DNA from: an uncultured Enterobacteriaceae bacterium
GTDB lineage: Bacteria; Myxococcota_A; UBA9042
DNA length: 64,000 nt
NCBI GenBank assembly: GCA_964560875.1
Contig: CAZLMW010000014.1
Span: forward strand, 22,864-86,863
Reading direction: 5' to 3'
The notes beneath the pieces are model-generated. The model worked only from the letters and a program-made list of their open reading frames with translations, was not told where the DNA came from and searched no databases. Shown here piece after piece: positions 1 to 9,700 of the stretch. Each line of letters begins with the position of its first letter. Position 1 is the first letter of the stretch. A program made the translations under genes and the position numbers.

Positions 1-1474
1 CGTCCGACAGGTAGCCGCGCAGTTGACGGCTATCGATCCGGCGCGCTGCGTCCTGCAAACCGAGCCCGAAACGCGTTGGGAACAGGCCGCGCAGGTCTGC
101 GGCTTGCACCCCGGGGCGATAGGACGTGCGCTCGGGGAGCTCTCCCGCGCCGCGATCGGCCACAAAATCGACGAGGCGCTGCGCAGGGGCCCGATAGCCG
201 CCGCCACCGAGTTGATAGGCCCGGCGTTCCAAGATGCCCTGCAGCGCGATGCCTGCGAGGGCTCCATCGGCCACGTGCGCGCCGAAATCGGGGTCGTCGT
301 CGAGGTCACCAGGCGCGTCGAGGTACATGTCGCCCGGCATCACCTGCATGACAAGCGCGGCGTTCGCGAAACGGCCGCCGCGGTTGCTGTTGCTCATCCC
401 GTTGACGTTGAGGTGGTCCAGCACGGTCGGTGACGGCAGAACGAATCCGCCCGGGCACATGCAGAAGCTGTAGACGCCGCGCTTGCCGACAGCGGAATCG
501 ACCTGTTGGCGCACGAAATACTCGGCGGCGCCGACCGATGCCCAGCCGGCAAGTGGACCGAGCTGCACGTCGTCGATGAGCGCCTGGGGATGTTCGACGC
601 GGGCGCCGATCGCGAACGGCTTGCGCTGCATCTGCACGCCATGGCCGGCCATCATCCGGTAGGTGTCGCGGGCCGAATGACCCGTCGCGAGCAGAACAGG
701 CGTGCCGATGATTTCGCGTCCGTCGGCGACAACGACACCCGCTACGGTGGCCCGATCGACGGCGGGATCGGGGCCTGCATCGCGGATGACGAGGTCGGTC
801 ATGCACGCGTCGAAGAGGAGCTCGTGACCCGCTTCGAGAAGGGCGTTGCGCAGCACTTTCATCATCGGGATCAGGCGATTGGTGCCGACGTGCGGATGGC
901 CGTCGACGAGGATGCGTCGTGCCAGTCCGAGCGCCACGAGGCGTTCATAGACTTCGCGCACCCGGGGGCTCTTGCCGCGGGTGTACAGCTTGCCGTCCGA
1001 GTAGGTGCCGGCGCCGCCTTCGCCAAAGCAGAGGTTGGACTCGGGATCAAGCACGCCGGATACGCGCAGGTCGCGCACGTGGAGGTTGCGCTCTTGCACC
1101 GCGGCGCCGCGGTCGAGGATCGTGCACTTGATGCCGAAATCGGCGAACCGGAGCGCGGCGAACAGGCCCGCGGGTCCCATGCCGACAATGACCGGACGAA
1201 GCTGCGGATGAGGGCGTGCGAGATGGCGCGGCCGGATGACTGGGGGCAGCGAGAGATCGGGCGGACCGTCGAGCGTGTCGAACACGTCAGCACGGATGAC
1301 CCACATGGGACGGCGGCGGGCGCGGGCGTCAAGCGATCGGCGGCGGATCACAACGGCCGTGACGTCCTCGGATGTGAGACCGGCTTCGAGCGCGGCGGCC
1401 TGGAGCAACGCTGGATCGGTCGCCTCGGGGGGCGAATCAGGCGAAACCGGCAGCTTGATCGTGACGGTCTTCAC
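1..1474 (-). CDS. FAD-dependent oxidoreductase, COG2509-like (partial; the 3' end runs off the window start)
   Basis: Minus-strand frame gives ...SLDARARRRPMWVIRADV...RPVIVGMGPAGLFAALRFADFGIKCTILDRGAAVQERN...GVLDPESNLCFGEGGAGTYSDGKLYTRGKSPRV. This is the Rossmann GxGxxG followed by the GGAG(T/A)xSDGKL motif of COG2509 dehydrogenases. The N-terminal 'VVIRRRSLDAR' domain is typical of the family. Probable GTG start at 1474. There is no stop before position 1, which is why the ORF track does not list it. Confidence 0.75.
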   Translation of the reverse strand, partial: MKTVTIKLPVSPDSPPEATDPALLQAAALEAGLTSEDVTAVVIRRRSLDARARRRPMWVIRADVFDTLDGPPDLSLPPVIRPRHLARPHPQLRPVIVGMGPAGLFAALRFADFGIKCTILDRGAAVQERNLHVRDLRVSGVLDPESNLCFGEGGAGTYSDGKLYTRGKSPRVREVYERLVALGLARRILVDGHPHVGTNRLIPMMKVLRNALLEAGHELLFDACMTDLVIRDAGPDPAVDRATVAGVVVADGREIIGTPVLLATGHSARDTYRMMAGHGVQMQRKPFAIGARVEHPQALIDDVQLGPLAGWASVGAAEYFVRQQVDSAVGKRGVYSFCMCPGGFVLPSPTVLDHLNVNGMSNSNRGGRFANAALVMQVMPGDMYLDAPGDLDDDPDFGAHVADGALAGIALQGILERRAYQLGGGGYRAPAQRLVDFVADRGAGELPERTSYRPGVQAADLRGLFPTRFGLGLQDAARRIDSRQLRGYLSD

Positions 1475-1528
1475 GGCAGTGACCGGTGCTGGAGGACGCG
1501 TCGCAGCTGGGTCGCCGGACGCGGACGC

Positions 1529-2770
1529 TCAGATGGGGGCGACGTTGTGAGCGATGGCGCGCAGCAGGCCGACGATATCTTCATCGTCTTGCAAGGCGGG
1601 GGTCTGCCAGACGACGGCACCCTGCACCATCACGCCAGGCGGCACGGGGCCGACGCGTTCGGTGTTCCCGATCGCCAGCGGCAAGACCGCGAGGGTGGGG
1701 ACAACGGCGAGCGGTTCGATCTGCCATGCGCAATGCAGGGTTGCCGCGCGGTCGGGGAGATCGACCACTTTCGCGCCGGTCGGCACCCGGAAATAGAGCC
1801 GCAGCCCGTCGGGCAACACGTGCATGTGCAGCGGGCGCTTGAGCTCCTGACGCCAGGCAGCTGGCACGGTTTCAGTCAGCACCTGCAAGCCCGCGAGCGC
1901 GTCATTGATCGGGAACATGAGGCGTTGTTCCCCCTCGAGTTGCACCAGGGTGACGTCATCGTGCTCGAAGGCGACAGCCGCGGAAGTTCGCAGCACGGCC
2001 GCGAGGTGCGCGCCCTGAGCTTGGTACAGGTGGACATCGTGCAGCGTCCACGAGTTGCCGGTTTCGAGGGTGTCGAGCAGCTCGCGCAAGGTCGTCAGGC
2101 TGTCGTGCCAGCGGCCGGCGACGGAGAGGGAGTACGTGTGGTCGCACGCCGGGAAACGCCAGACGTTGCGCGACCGCACGAGATCCAGGCGCGCGAGGTC
2201 GAATGGACCGGAGCCGCTGTCATCGACTTCGAGTACGGACGGCACGGCTTGGACCACTTCGGCCGCTTCAGGCAGCCCGGCGAGCGTTGCGCGAACGTAG
2301 GCGCCGAGACCGTGCGCTGGGCCGCGAAAATACAACGCGACCCACGGCCGCTGTCCGGGGGCGCTGACCAGCGCGTGCAGGGCCGTTGCCCAGGTGACGG
2401 CGACCGATGGACCGCCGAGAGAGGCGAGATGCGCGGGCCAGCGCGCTTGGCGGCTGATTTCCCGGGCCACATGACCGAGGTGGGGGGGATCGAGATCGAC
2501 GACGACAACAACAAGCGGTGACTGCAGCGACGGCGCGGACGGTCCAGAGGCGCGGACGCACATGGCGTCTCCACCCTCGAGGGCCACGGCTTGTTCGCTG
2601 ACCGAGCAGCCCGTCGCGAACAGCAAATCGAGCATCGTGTGCCGAAATGCGAGCGGGTTGGCGTGCTTGTCGCGGAGCCGGGCAGCGGCGCTGTTGAGGT
2701 CGTAGGGCATGACCACAAAGGCTAGACCAAAAGCGACGATTGCGAACCCCCGCGCCCCAAAGATCCCCAA
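1529..2770 (-). CDS. hypothetical protein (start uncertain; alternative ATG at ~2710 'MPYDLNS')
   Basis: A 413-codon ORF with protein-like composition and no recognisable motif. Its stop abuts the downstream FAD-oxidoreductase start on the same strand. Confidence 0.45.
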   Translation of the reverse strand: MGIFGARGFAIVAFGLAFVVMPYDLNSAAARLRDKHANPLAFRHTMLDLLFATGCSVSEQAVALEGGDAMCVRASGPSAPSLQSPLVVVVVDLDPPHLGHVAREISRQARWPAHLASLGGPSVAVTWATALHALVSAPGQRPWVALYFRGPAHGLGAYVRATLAGLPEAAEVVQAVPSVLEVDDSGSGPFDLARLDLVRSRNVWRFPACDHTYSLSVAGRWHDSLTTLRELLDTLETGNSWTLHDVHLYQAQGAHLAAVLRTSAAVAFEHDDVTLVQLEGEQRLMFPINDALAGLQVLTETVPAAWRQELKRPLHMHVLPDGLRLYFRVPTGAKVVDLPDRAATLHCAWQIEPLAVVPTLAVLPLAIGNTERVGPVPPGVMVQGAVVWQTPALQDDEDIVGLLRAIAHNVAPI

Positions 2771-2821
2771 AGATCCAGGCCCGATTGGAAGTCGCTGACT
2801 GAGCGATAGGCCGGGTCCGGA

Positions 2822-2848
2822 CCACCCGAACCCGAACCCGAACCCGAA
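2822..2848. repeat. (CCGAAC)4.5 hexanucleotide repeat; reads (GTTCGG)n on the minus strand
   Basis: Direct reading: cccgaacccgaacccgaacccgaac. It lies ~50 bp upstream of the minus-strand gene that starts at 2770. Confidence 0.9.
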
Positions 2849-3057
2849 CTCACACCCTCACGGGGTGCCGCTGTGCTTGCGAATCAGGCCCGTGAGCATG
2901 GCCGCGACCTTGTCGGCCGCCGCCAGCAGCGCTTCGGCTTCGGCGGCCGGCACCAGACCAAGCGCCGCGGCCAACTCCACCGCCACCGCGCGGGATGCCC
3001 TCACCCCGAGAGGGGCGCCGATCAGCCGGCGTTGAGGAGGCTCGAGGAGCGAGTGGG

Positions 3058-3085
3058 TGTTCGCGTTCGGGTTCGCGTTCGGGTG
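3058..3085. repeat. inverted degenerate copy of the same hexamer: (GTTCGS)4
   Basis: gttcgcgttcgggttcgcgttcggg. Its reverse complement matches the 2822-2848 array including the flanking 'cacccactc' motif. The two copies bracket ~210 bp containing a 48-codon minus-strand ORF (GTG ~3003..2858, '...AVAVELAAALGLVPAAEAEALLAAADKVAAMLTGLIRKHSGTP'). Confidence 0.8.
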
Positions 3086-3394
3086 CTGATGCCCGCGCGA
3101 CGGCCGCCACGATCGCCGGCCTGCGTCTGCCCATGCAGCCGCAGGCCATGAGCTGATCCGCCGGGGGCCGCTGTCCGCCGTCGCGGCGGTGGGCGATGAC
3201 AGAACCGGGCCGCGTGCCCGTCGTCTCAACCGAGCGCCGGGTCGGGGAGGGCGACGTGCGCGCTCGGGCCGGCCGGGATAGCGAACGGCAGTGCGGCAGC
3301 ACCCGCGGAGCCTCGCGCCCCGCGAACTCCAATCGAACCTGGGGTCGCGACGGCAACGGTGGCGATCGAGCGCGATCTGGACTATGACGCGACC

Positions 3395-3844
3395 ATGAGG
3401 GCGGTTGTCCAGCGTGTGCAGCGAGCATCGGTATCGGTCGACGGCGCGATCGTCGGCGCGATCGAACAGGGGTTGTGCGTGCTCGTGTCGGCGGGCCACG
3501 ACGATGACGCCAAAGATGCTGCGTGGATCGCCGCGAAGATCGGCGGACTGCGCATCTTCGAAGACGACGCCGGCAAGATGAACCTGGACGTCGCGACCAT
3601 CGGCGGCGGCGTGCTTGTGATCAGCCAGTTCACCCTGCACGGCGACGTCCGCAAGGGTAAAAGGCCGAGCTTCATCGCATCGATGCGCCCCCAATACGCG
3701 CGCCCGTTGATCGATAAAGTGGCCGCGTTGTTGCGGGATTCCGGCTTGCCTGTGGCCGAAGGCGTGTTCGCCGCTGATATGCTCGTTGAGATCGCCAACG
3801 ATGGCCCGGTCACGATCCTGCTCGACAGCGAGAAGGTATTTTAG
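3395..3844 (+). CDS. dtd: D-aminoacyl-tRNA deacylase
   Basis: MRAVVQRVQRASVSVDG...GLCVLVSAGHDDD...GKMNLDV...VLVISQFTLHGDVRKGKRPSF...NDGPVTILLDS is the full-length Dtd signature (SQFTL, NDGPVT). The ATG is the internal Met of the 3359 ORF. Confidence 0.9.
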   Translation: MRAVVQRVQRASVSVDGAIVGAIEQGLCVLVSAGHDDDAKDAAWIAAKIGGLRIFEDDAGKMNLDVATIGGGVLVISQFTLHGDVRKGKRPSFIASMRPQYARPLIDKVAALLRDSGLPVAEGVFAADMLVEIANDGPVTILLDSEKVF

Positions 3845-3954
3845 TGTCTGGTTGCAAAGGAAACGATCAGTGGACGGCGACGAGACACAGCCGCGAAGCG
3901 GAGGTTGGGGTGAGGCACGAAAACGACGCCCACTGCTGCCAAACAACGCGGGCC

Positions 3955-3980
3955 AAGGGGCCTCCCCCGCGAGGCCCCTT
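3955..3980 (+). terminator. perfect 10-bp GC-rich hairpin (aaggggcctc-ccccgc-gaggcccctt) between dtd and the hydrolase gene
   Basis: Perfect inverted repeat seen directly. It is followed by 'gcaaataaaa' rather than a U-tract, so intrinsic-terminator status is uncertain. Confidence 0.3.
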
Positions 3981-4047
3981 GCAAATAAAAGCTGGTGGTC
4001 CGACTTTCGGCCGGCAGCTCAATCACACTTCTGAGACGGACCACTAG

Positions 4048-4977
4048 ATGGCTAGCACGAACGTGGCCGATCTCGGCGTCGTGGCACGCGATGGGGTGCA
4101 GCTGCGCGGCTATACCTGCGGCAGCGGACCTGGACCGGCGATCTTGCTGTGCAACGGGCTGCTCGGCGGCATCGACGCGTGGCGTGAGCTGATCGAGGAC
4201 TTCGCGCCGCTGCACAAGATCGTCAGCTGGGAGTACCGCGGCCTGCGCTGGGGCGAGTACGCATCCATCTCGGTGCAAAAACACGCCGAGGATATGATCG
4301 ACGTGGCCAACGCGGCGGGGCTGGACCGATTCGTCGTGGTCGGGTGGTCGGTTGGCACGCGAGTCGCGCTCGCTGCGGCCCCCGAAGCTGGACAACGATT
4401 GGCCGCGCAGGTGCTCATCGCGGGTCTCTACGGGCGACCGCTGCGCCGTGTTCTCGCCCCGTACATCGGGCCGCTTTCGGCGGTGGGCCCGCAGCTGACC
4501 GAGATCGCAGCCGCGCTCGCCCCCTATGCCCCCACAATCTGGAAGGTCGCCGGCCTGGGTGCGCGTTCGGCGACCGTTCACGATGTGCTTCGGGTGGTTG
4601 GCGCGGTGTCCGAGATGCTCGATTCGGGCCGGCTTGGTGAGCTGCTCGCCGACGGAGCGACGATCGAATTGCCGCGCTTGCTCGCGTTCCTGCAGGCGGT
4701 CGACAGCCACACCCGCGACGCGCCCGAGATCGAACTGGACGTACCTGCCCTGTTGGTCAGCGGGTCGGCCGATCCGCTGTCGCCGCGAGCTGACGTCGAA
4801 CAAGCAGCCGAGCAGATCGGCAACGCGGAGACCATGCGCGTGCCCAGCGCCGGGCAGCTGCTACCGGTCGAATTCTCGGAGCTCTTGCACTTGAGGATCG
4901 ACCGCTTCTTCCGGGTTCAGCTCGGGTTTGACCGCCTCGTGCACGAAAGGGCCGTCAACCAGCCAGCAGCCCGCTGA
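4048..4977 (+). CDS. alpha/beta-fold hydrolase
   Basis: A GWSVG nucleophile elbow (GxSxG) sits in an ~300-aa protein whose N-terminal region 'LLCNGLLGG' matches the oxyanion region of alpha/beta hydrolases. Confidence 0.75.
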   Translation: MASTNVADLGVVARDGVQLRGYTCGSGPGPAILLCNGLLGGIDAWRELIEDFAPLHKIVSWEYRGLRWGEYASISVQKHAEDMIDVANAAGLDRFVVVGWSVGTRVALAAAPEAGQRLAAQVLIAGLYGRPLRRVLAPYIGPLSAVGPQLTEIAAALAPYAPTIWKVAGLGARSATVHDVLRVVGAVSEMLDSGRLGELLADGATIELPRLLAFLQAVDSHTRDAPEIELDVPALLVSGSADPLSPRADVEQAAEQIGNAETMRVPSAGQLLPVEFSELLHLRIDRFFRVQLGFDRLVHERAVNQPAAR

Positions 4978-5779
4978 GCTGTTCGCGCCAGTCCGTGGCG
5001 GCCAGCTCGGTGCCCTCGGCCAGCTCCCAGAAGTCGGCGGGCGGATCCTGGGCCACCATCACCGATGGCTCTTTGCCCCGGGCCGGAACGATCAACATCG
5101 CCGCGTGCAAGCCGACGCGTGCCTGGCTGCCGATATCGCCGTAGCGCCGGTCCCCCACGATGGCGCCCACGCCCCACGCCAGGTGTGCGCGCGCCTGGTG
5201 GGTGCGACCGGTGTGAAGTCTGACGGCGACGAGGGCCACACCCGCATCGCGATCTTCGGCGAGCCGGAGCACGGACGTCTTGGCGGACTTGCCGGTGGGA
5301 TGCACGTACATGAGCCCGCCGCCGCGCACTTTGGCGTCCTTTTTCGTGGCCTTGAGCAGCGATTCATCGATCGTCGTTTCGGCCGGCGCGCAGTCGGTGC
5401 GGACCAGGGCGAGATAGCCGCGACGGATCGTGCGTTCCTGTAGGCAGTTGGACAGCCACGCGGTGGTTGAATCGTCGCGACCGAAGACCACCAGGCCTGA
5501 AACGGGCGCATCGAGTCGATGGACGACCTTCGCTTTGCGACCGAGCAGGTCTGACACGCGATCGCTGAGCGCGCCTCCGCTGCGACGTGCGGGCTGTGTG
5601 GGTTCGCCGGCCGGCTTGCTGACAACGACGAGCCGATCGTTTTCGAAGACAACGTGGACTGGATCGGTCGGTTGTGCGGCGGGCGGATTGTCTGGTTGTG
5701 GAGCGTTCACGTCGGCAGAGTTGGCGACCGTTGCCGAATGTGCAAGGGCCACAAATGTGCCAGGGCCGGGAATGTGCAA
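4955..5779 (-). CDS. RluA-family pseudouridine synthase (start uncertain: TTG 5779 or GTG ~5707)
   Basis: VVFENDRLVVVSKPAG...KAKVVHRLDAPVSGLVVF gives the catalytic-Asp HRLD motif and the KPxG motif. The 3' end overlaps the convergent hydrolase gene by 23 nt. Confidence 0.75.
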   Translation of the reverse strand: MHIPGPGTFVALAHSATVANSADVNAPQPDNPPAAQPTDPVHVVFENDRLVVVSKPAGEPTQPARRSGGALSDRVSDLLGRKAKVVHRLDAPVSGLVVFGRDDSTTAWLSNCLQERTIRRGYLALVRTDCAPAETTIDESLLKATKKDAKVRGGGLMYVHPTGKSAKTSVLRLAEDRDAGVALVAVRLHTGRTHQARAHLAWGVGAIVGDRRYGDIGSQARVGLHAAMLIVPARGKEPSVMVAQDPPADFWELAEGTELAATDWREQLSGLLAG

Positions 5780-5848
5780 GGGCCTGCCAACTGGCGTAGA
5801 CTCGCGACCGAACCCGCCAGAGGCCGCGGCGGCCCGGGACCCGAAGCC

Positions 5849-6613
5849 TTGACCACCATCGCAATCGAACCCGACGTTCCCACCGATCCACTCGCCCCTT
5901 CAGGCGGCGCGCAATGGGCCGTAGCGCGACACCAGGCTGTGTTGGCGCTCCCGACGGACCAGCGCGTCGCGAGCCTGCTCGATGCCCTCAATGAGCTCGA
6001 CGGGATGCTCGACGCGGGCGGTTTGCTCGCGCTGACCGACGAGCTGATCGACGAATCCGAGATCGAGATCCTCGAGGACGACGCGGAGTCGGCAGCCGAA
6101 CGTTTTGTCCGCGCCAAGACCAAGGCGCCCGAACAGCTTGCTTCCGCCGAGACCATCGTGCTCTCGGGCCCCGAGGTGAAGCGCAAGATCCGCTACAAGC
6201 AGTCGGTCATGCCGTCGGTGATCGCCGACAACCTCTTCTCGGATGTGAAGTCGCTCTTCGAGATCGGTGACCGGGAAGGCGCCCTTGTCTCGCTCGAGCG
6301 CATGGTCGTCGTCGCGCCGCTGACCCCTTCGATCGGCAACTTCCTGCGCCACAACGAGGGACGTTTGCTCGACTACTACCAGAATGTCTTCGGGCCGTTT
6401 TCGCGCGTTGTCAGCATGAAAGAGGAAGACCAGACCATGCCGGGCGGCTACTTCGCGCTCGACAAGGTCAAGGCGATCACGTCGCTCATCGACGGACAGC
6501 GTTCGGTCCAGCAGGTCATCGACCACTCGGGTCTGTCCACGGTCGAAGCGTGCGCCGTCATCTCGCAGCTCTGTCGCAGCGCCTCGGTCAACGTCGCCGA
6601 AGTCGAAATCTAG
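5849..6613 (+). CDS. hypothetical protein; C-terminal region resembles DUF4388 (low confidence)
   Basis: ORF with protein-like composition. The TTG at 5849 is chosen because upstream sequence overlaps the rluA-like 5' end. The C-terminal 'LIDGQRSVQQVIDHSGLSTVEACAVISQL' resembles the tail of DUF4388 proteins. This cannot be verified without a search. Confidence 0.45.
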   Translation: MTTIAIEPDVPTDPLAPSGGAQWAVARHQAVLALPTDQRVASLLDALNELDGMLDAGGLLALTDELIDESEIEILEDDAESAAERFVRAKTKAPEQLASAETIVLSGPEVKRKIRYKQSVMPSVIADNLFSDVKSLFEIGDREGALVSLERMVVVAPLTPSIGNFLRHNEGRLLDYYQNVFGPFSRVVSMKEEDQTMPGGYFALDKVKAITSLIDGQRSVQQVIDHSGLSTVEACAVISQLCRSASVNVAEVEI

Positions 6614-6757
6614 CTCGCCTTTCTCCATCCAGCTCAAACACGGCCGGCAGCCGTCGATCGATCGGCAGCGATCAGCCGGTGACATCGGCCAAAAACGCCA
6701 CCGCGACGTCGCCCAGGGGACGCGTCGCGGGACGTAGCGTGTTGGCTGCTTTGAGCG

Positions 6758-9700
6758 TTACTTGCAGATGATCGTGATGTTGTCGATGTAACCCTTGAGG
6801 TCGGTCACGACCTTGGGCGAGGTGACCCAGATCTGCGGGATGAAGACGCGGCCGAGGCCTTCGTCGGGCACCTTGCCTTTGAAGCGCTTCCAGCCCGAGC
6901 TGCTCTCGCATTGACCGTGGATGCTGAACCAACGCGGGTCATTTGGACCGAGCTGAGCCGTCTCGAACGAGTCGATGTAGTCCTGGTATTGACCCTTGAT
7001 GTTGACCGTGTCGATGTTGCCCGTAGCGGGGACACCCGGCGCCGGACACAGCTTCTTGTTCATGAAGATGTTGGCGTCGTACTCCCAACTCATGCCCGAC
7101 ACGGAGCCCTGGATCATCAGGTTGCTGCCCGGCTTGGAACCCACGATGAGCGGCACCTTGTCGTTGATCCCGCTGCCGTGTGTCACGTACAGCGAGTTGG
7201 GCTTGGTCTTGGCCTGGGTGGTCGACAGCTTGGCGCTCTTCTTCTTGTCCTTGGTCAACACCTGCCACTTCTTGATGCCGTACAGGTCCCAGCTCTCGCG
7301 GAAACATGCGTACTGGCACAAACCCTGGATGGCGATCGAGTCGAGCATGAACGTGCCCTTGGCGCCCTTGGCCGTCGCGGTCTTGGCCCGCCACTCGAGG
7401 TCGATGCTCTTGCCGGCGTAGGCGCTCAGGTCGATCTTCACCACGCTCCAGCCCGGCTTGGTCACCGTCCGCTTGAAGATCGAGGTGCTACCGACGATCG
7501 AGCTCTCGGTCTTGTCCCACTGGTGAGCGATAACCGATAGCTCGTCGCCCGCGGCGCCCGTGTCTTCGAGCTTCATGGCGAAGTAGAGGGTGTCCTTGGC
7601 GACCGGTCGGATGATCGGCATGCGCAGCGACGCGGTCTGGGCCTTACCACCCGGAGGCGCCCCGCTGTACTTGGCCTGCACCGCACCACGGCCGGTGTGC
7701 GTTCCCTTGGTGACCAGCTTCCAGCTGAAGTAATTGGCGGCGCTGGCGGTCGGCTGCACGTTGGCCGGGATAAACGGCGGCAGCTCCGGCGGCTTGGCGT
7801 TGGGGAGCTTCGGATCGGGCTCGTACGGCGGGTTGAGACCCACCGTTTCGAAGCCGGCCGCGAGGCAACCGGGTCCGCAGTTCCCCGCGAGCATGACGTC
7901 GTCGATCTTCACCCAACCACCGGACGTTGTGTCCTTGCCGTCGGCCCAGACGCGGAACTCGATGTCGACCGTGTCGCCGGCCCACTTCGCGAGCGGCAGC
8001 TGGATGAACTGCGAGGTGTCGGAGCCCTTGATCTCGGTCGACGGGGTCGTCTTGCACTGCTGCCATTGGACCTCGTTGTTGATGACGACCTGGACGACTT
8101 CGCGCGCGCAGCCCTGGTCGGTGAACTTGGTCAGCAGCTTGAACTGGAAGACCGGCGGGATCGTGCCCTTGCGCAGGTAGTAGCGGCGGTGCAGCAGGCG
8201 GACCGGGATCGGCTTCTCTTCGGTGACGAGCTTGCCGGTGTGGTCCTTGTACTTGAGCTGGCCCTTCCACTGCGCGATGACGCCGAGCTGGCTGTTGTCG
8301 ATCGCGCCGGCTTTGTCGAGCTTGAACGAAACGTGCTTGGGATGCTTCGAAGACGGCGCCCAGTCCTTGAACGTGGGCAGGCCGGCCTTGTCGTCGGGCT
8401 CAAAGTCATCGTCGATGCACTTGACGCAACCGGCGATCTTCTTGTGGCTACAGGTGCCGTCCTTGGCGACGCAAGCGTCCAACGTGCAGGGATCGCGATC
8501 GTCGCAGTCCTTGCTGCTCTGACCGGTGCAGCTGCCGCCGTGGCAAACGTCGGACTGCGTGCACTGGCTGCCGTCGTCGCAGGTGACCTGGACGCTCGGC
8601 TGGCACAGGCCCTTCTTGATCTTGATCTTCTTGGTCTTGTCCTTGGGATCGACGACCTCGACGGTGCCGGTCTGGCCACAGAGGTAACCCTTCAAGCACG
8701 TGTCCTGCGCTTTGCCCGTGGTCGGCGTGCAAGCCGTGGGCGGATCGAGCGTCTTGTACGATTCCTTCGCCGCCACGAGGCACTTGAAGTCGTTGCTGCC
8801 CTTGGACTGGCACTTTTCGTTGACGCACGGACCGGCCACTGACTTGCAGGTCTCGATCGCGCCCTTGGTGCAGGTGCCGCCCTCGCAGGCGTCGTTCTTC
8901 GTGCAGCCGTCGTTGTCGGCGTTGCACGTTTGACCGTTCTTGCGCGGATACGGCTCGCAGAGGTACTTGTCGCTGCCCTTGTTGGTGCAGCCGCCGAGCA
9001 CGCACGCGCCCTTGGTGTGGGCCGAGCAGTCCGGGGCTTTACCGGCCACGCACTTGCCGCCCTGGCACTTATCCTTCTCGGTGCAGCCGTTGCCGTCCGC
9101 ATCGCACGGGGTGTTGTCCGGCTTGGCCGCGCCCTTGCACTCGAACTTGTCGGTGCCGACGCTGACGCAGGTGCCGATCGCGCAGGTTCCGCTGTCCTTG
9201 TTGCAGTTGACGGTCGGGCCAGGCTGGCAGGCGCCCTTGTCGTTGCAGGCGTCATTTCGGGTGCAGCCGTTGCCGTCCGAATCGCAAGGCGAACCCGTCT
9301 TGGCCGGCGACCCGATGCACGTGTATTGGGCGTTGCTGAGCGATTTGCAGGTACCGACGAGGCACTTGCCGTCGCCCTTGGCTTTGCAGTCGGCCGGCGT
9401 ACCAGCGGTGCACTTGCCCTTCACGCAGCGGTCACCAATGGTGCAGCCGTTCTTGTCGGCCTCGCAGGGTTTGGCTTCCCGAGTCGGCGCCGCGACGCAT
9501 TCGAACTGCAGGGCACCCGTTGACTTGCACGCACCGACGGTACACGCGCCGTTGAGCTTGGCGCAGTTGGGCGGCGCACCGGCGACACACACACCGTTGG
9601 CACAGATATCATTGACGGTGCAGCCGTTGCCGTCCGCGTCGCATGGTTTCTTGTCGCTGCCAGGCTTGATCTTCGGCTGGCAGGCGCCAAATCCGCCGTT

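Noticed and set aside
506-2521. 671-aa plus-strand ORF with Asp/Gly/Arg-rich odd composition
   Set aside because: It is antisense to the COG2509 oxidoreductase and the 413-aa gene, which have real motifs. It is a typical long spurious ORF in 70% GC DNA.
2858-3946. 362-aa minus ORF overlapping dtd
   Set aside because: It is antisense to a clearly recognisable dtd. Only its 3' 48 codons (bracketed by the hexamer repeats) might be real.
3841-4803. 320-aa minus ORF
   Set aside because: It is antisense to the alpha/beta hydrolase (GWSVG). It has Arg-rich composition.
5900-6685. 261-aa minus ORF
   Set aside because: It is antisense to the 5849..6613 gene. It has Asp/Arg-rich low-complexity translation.
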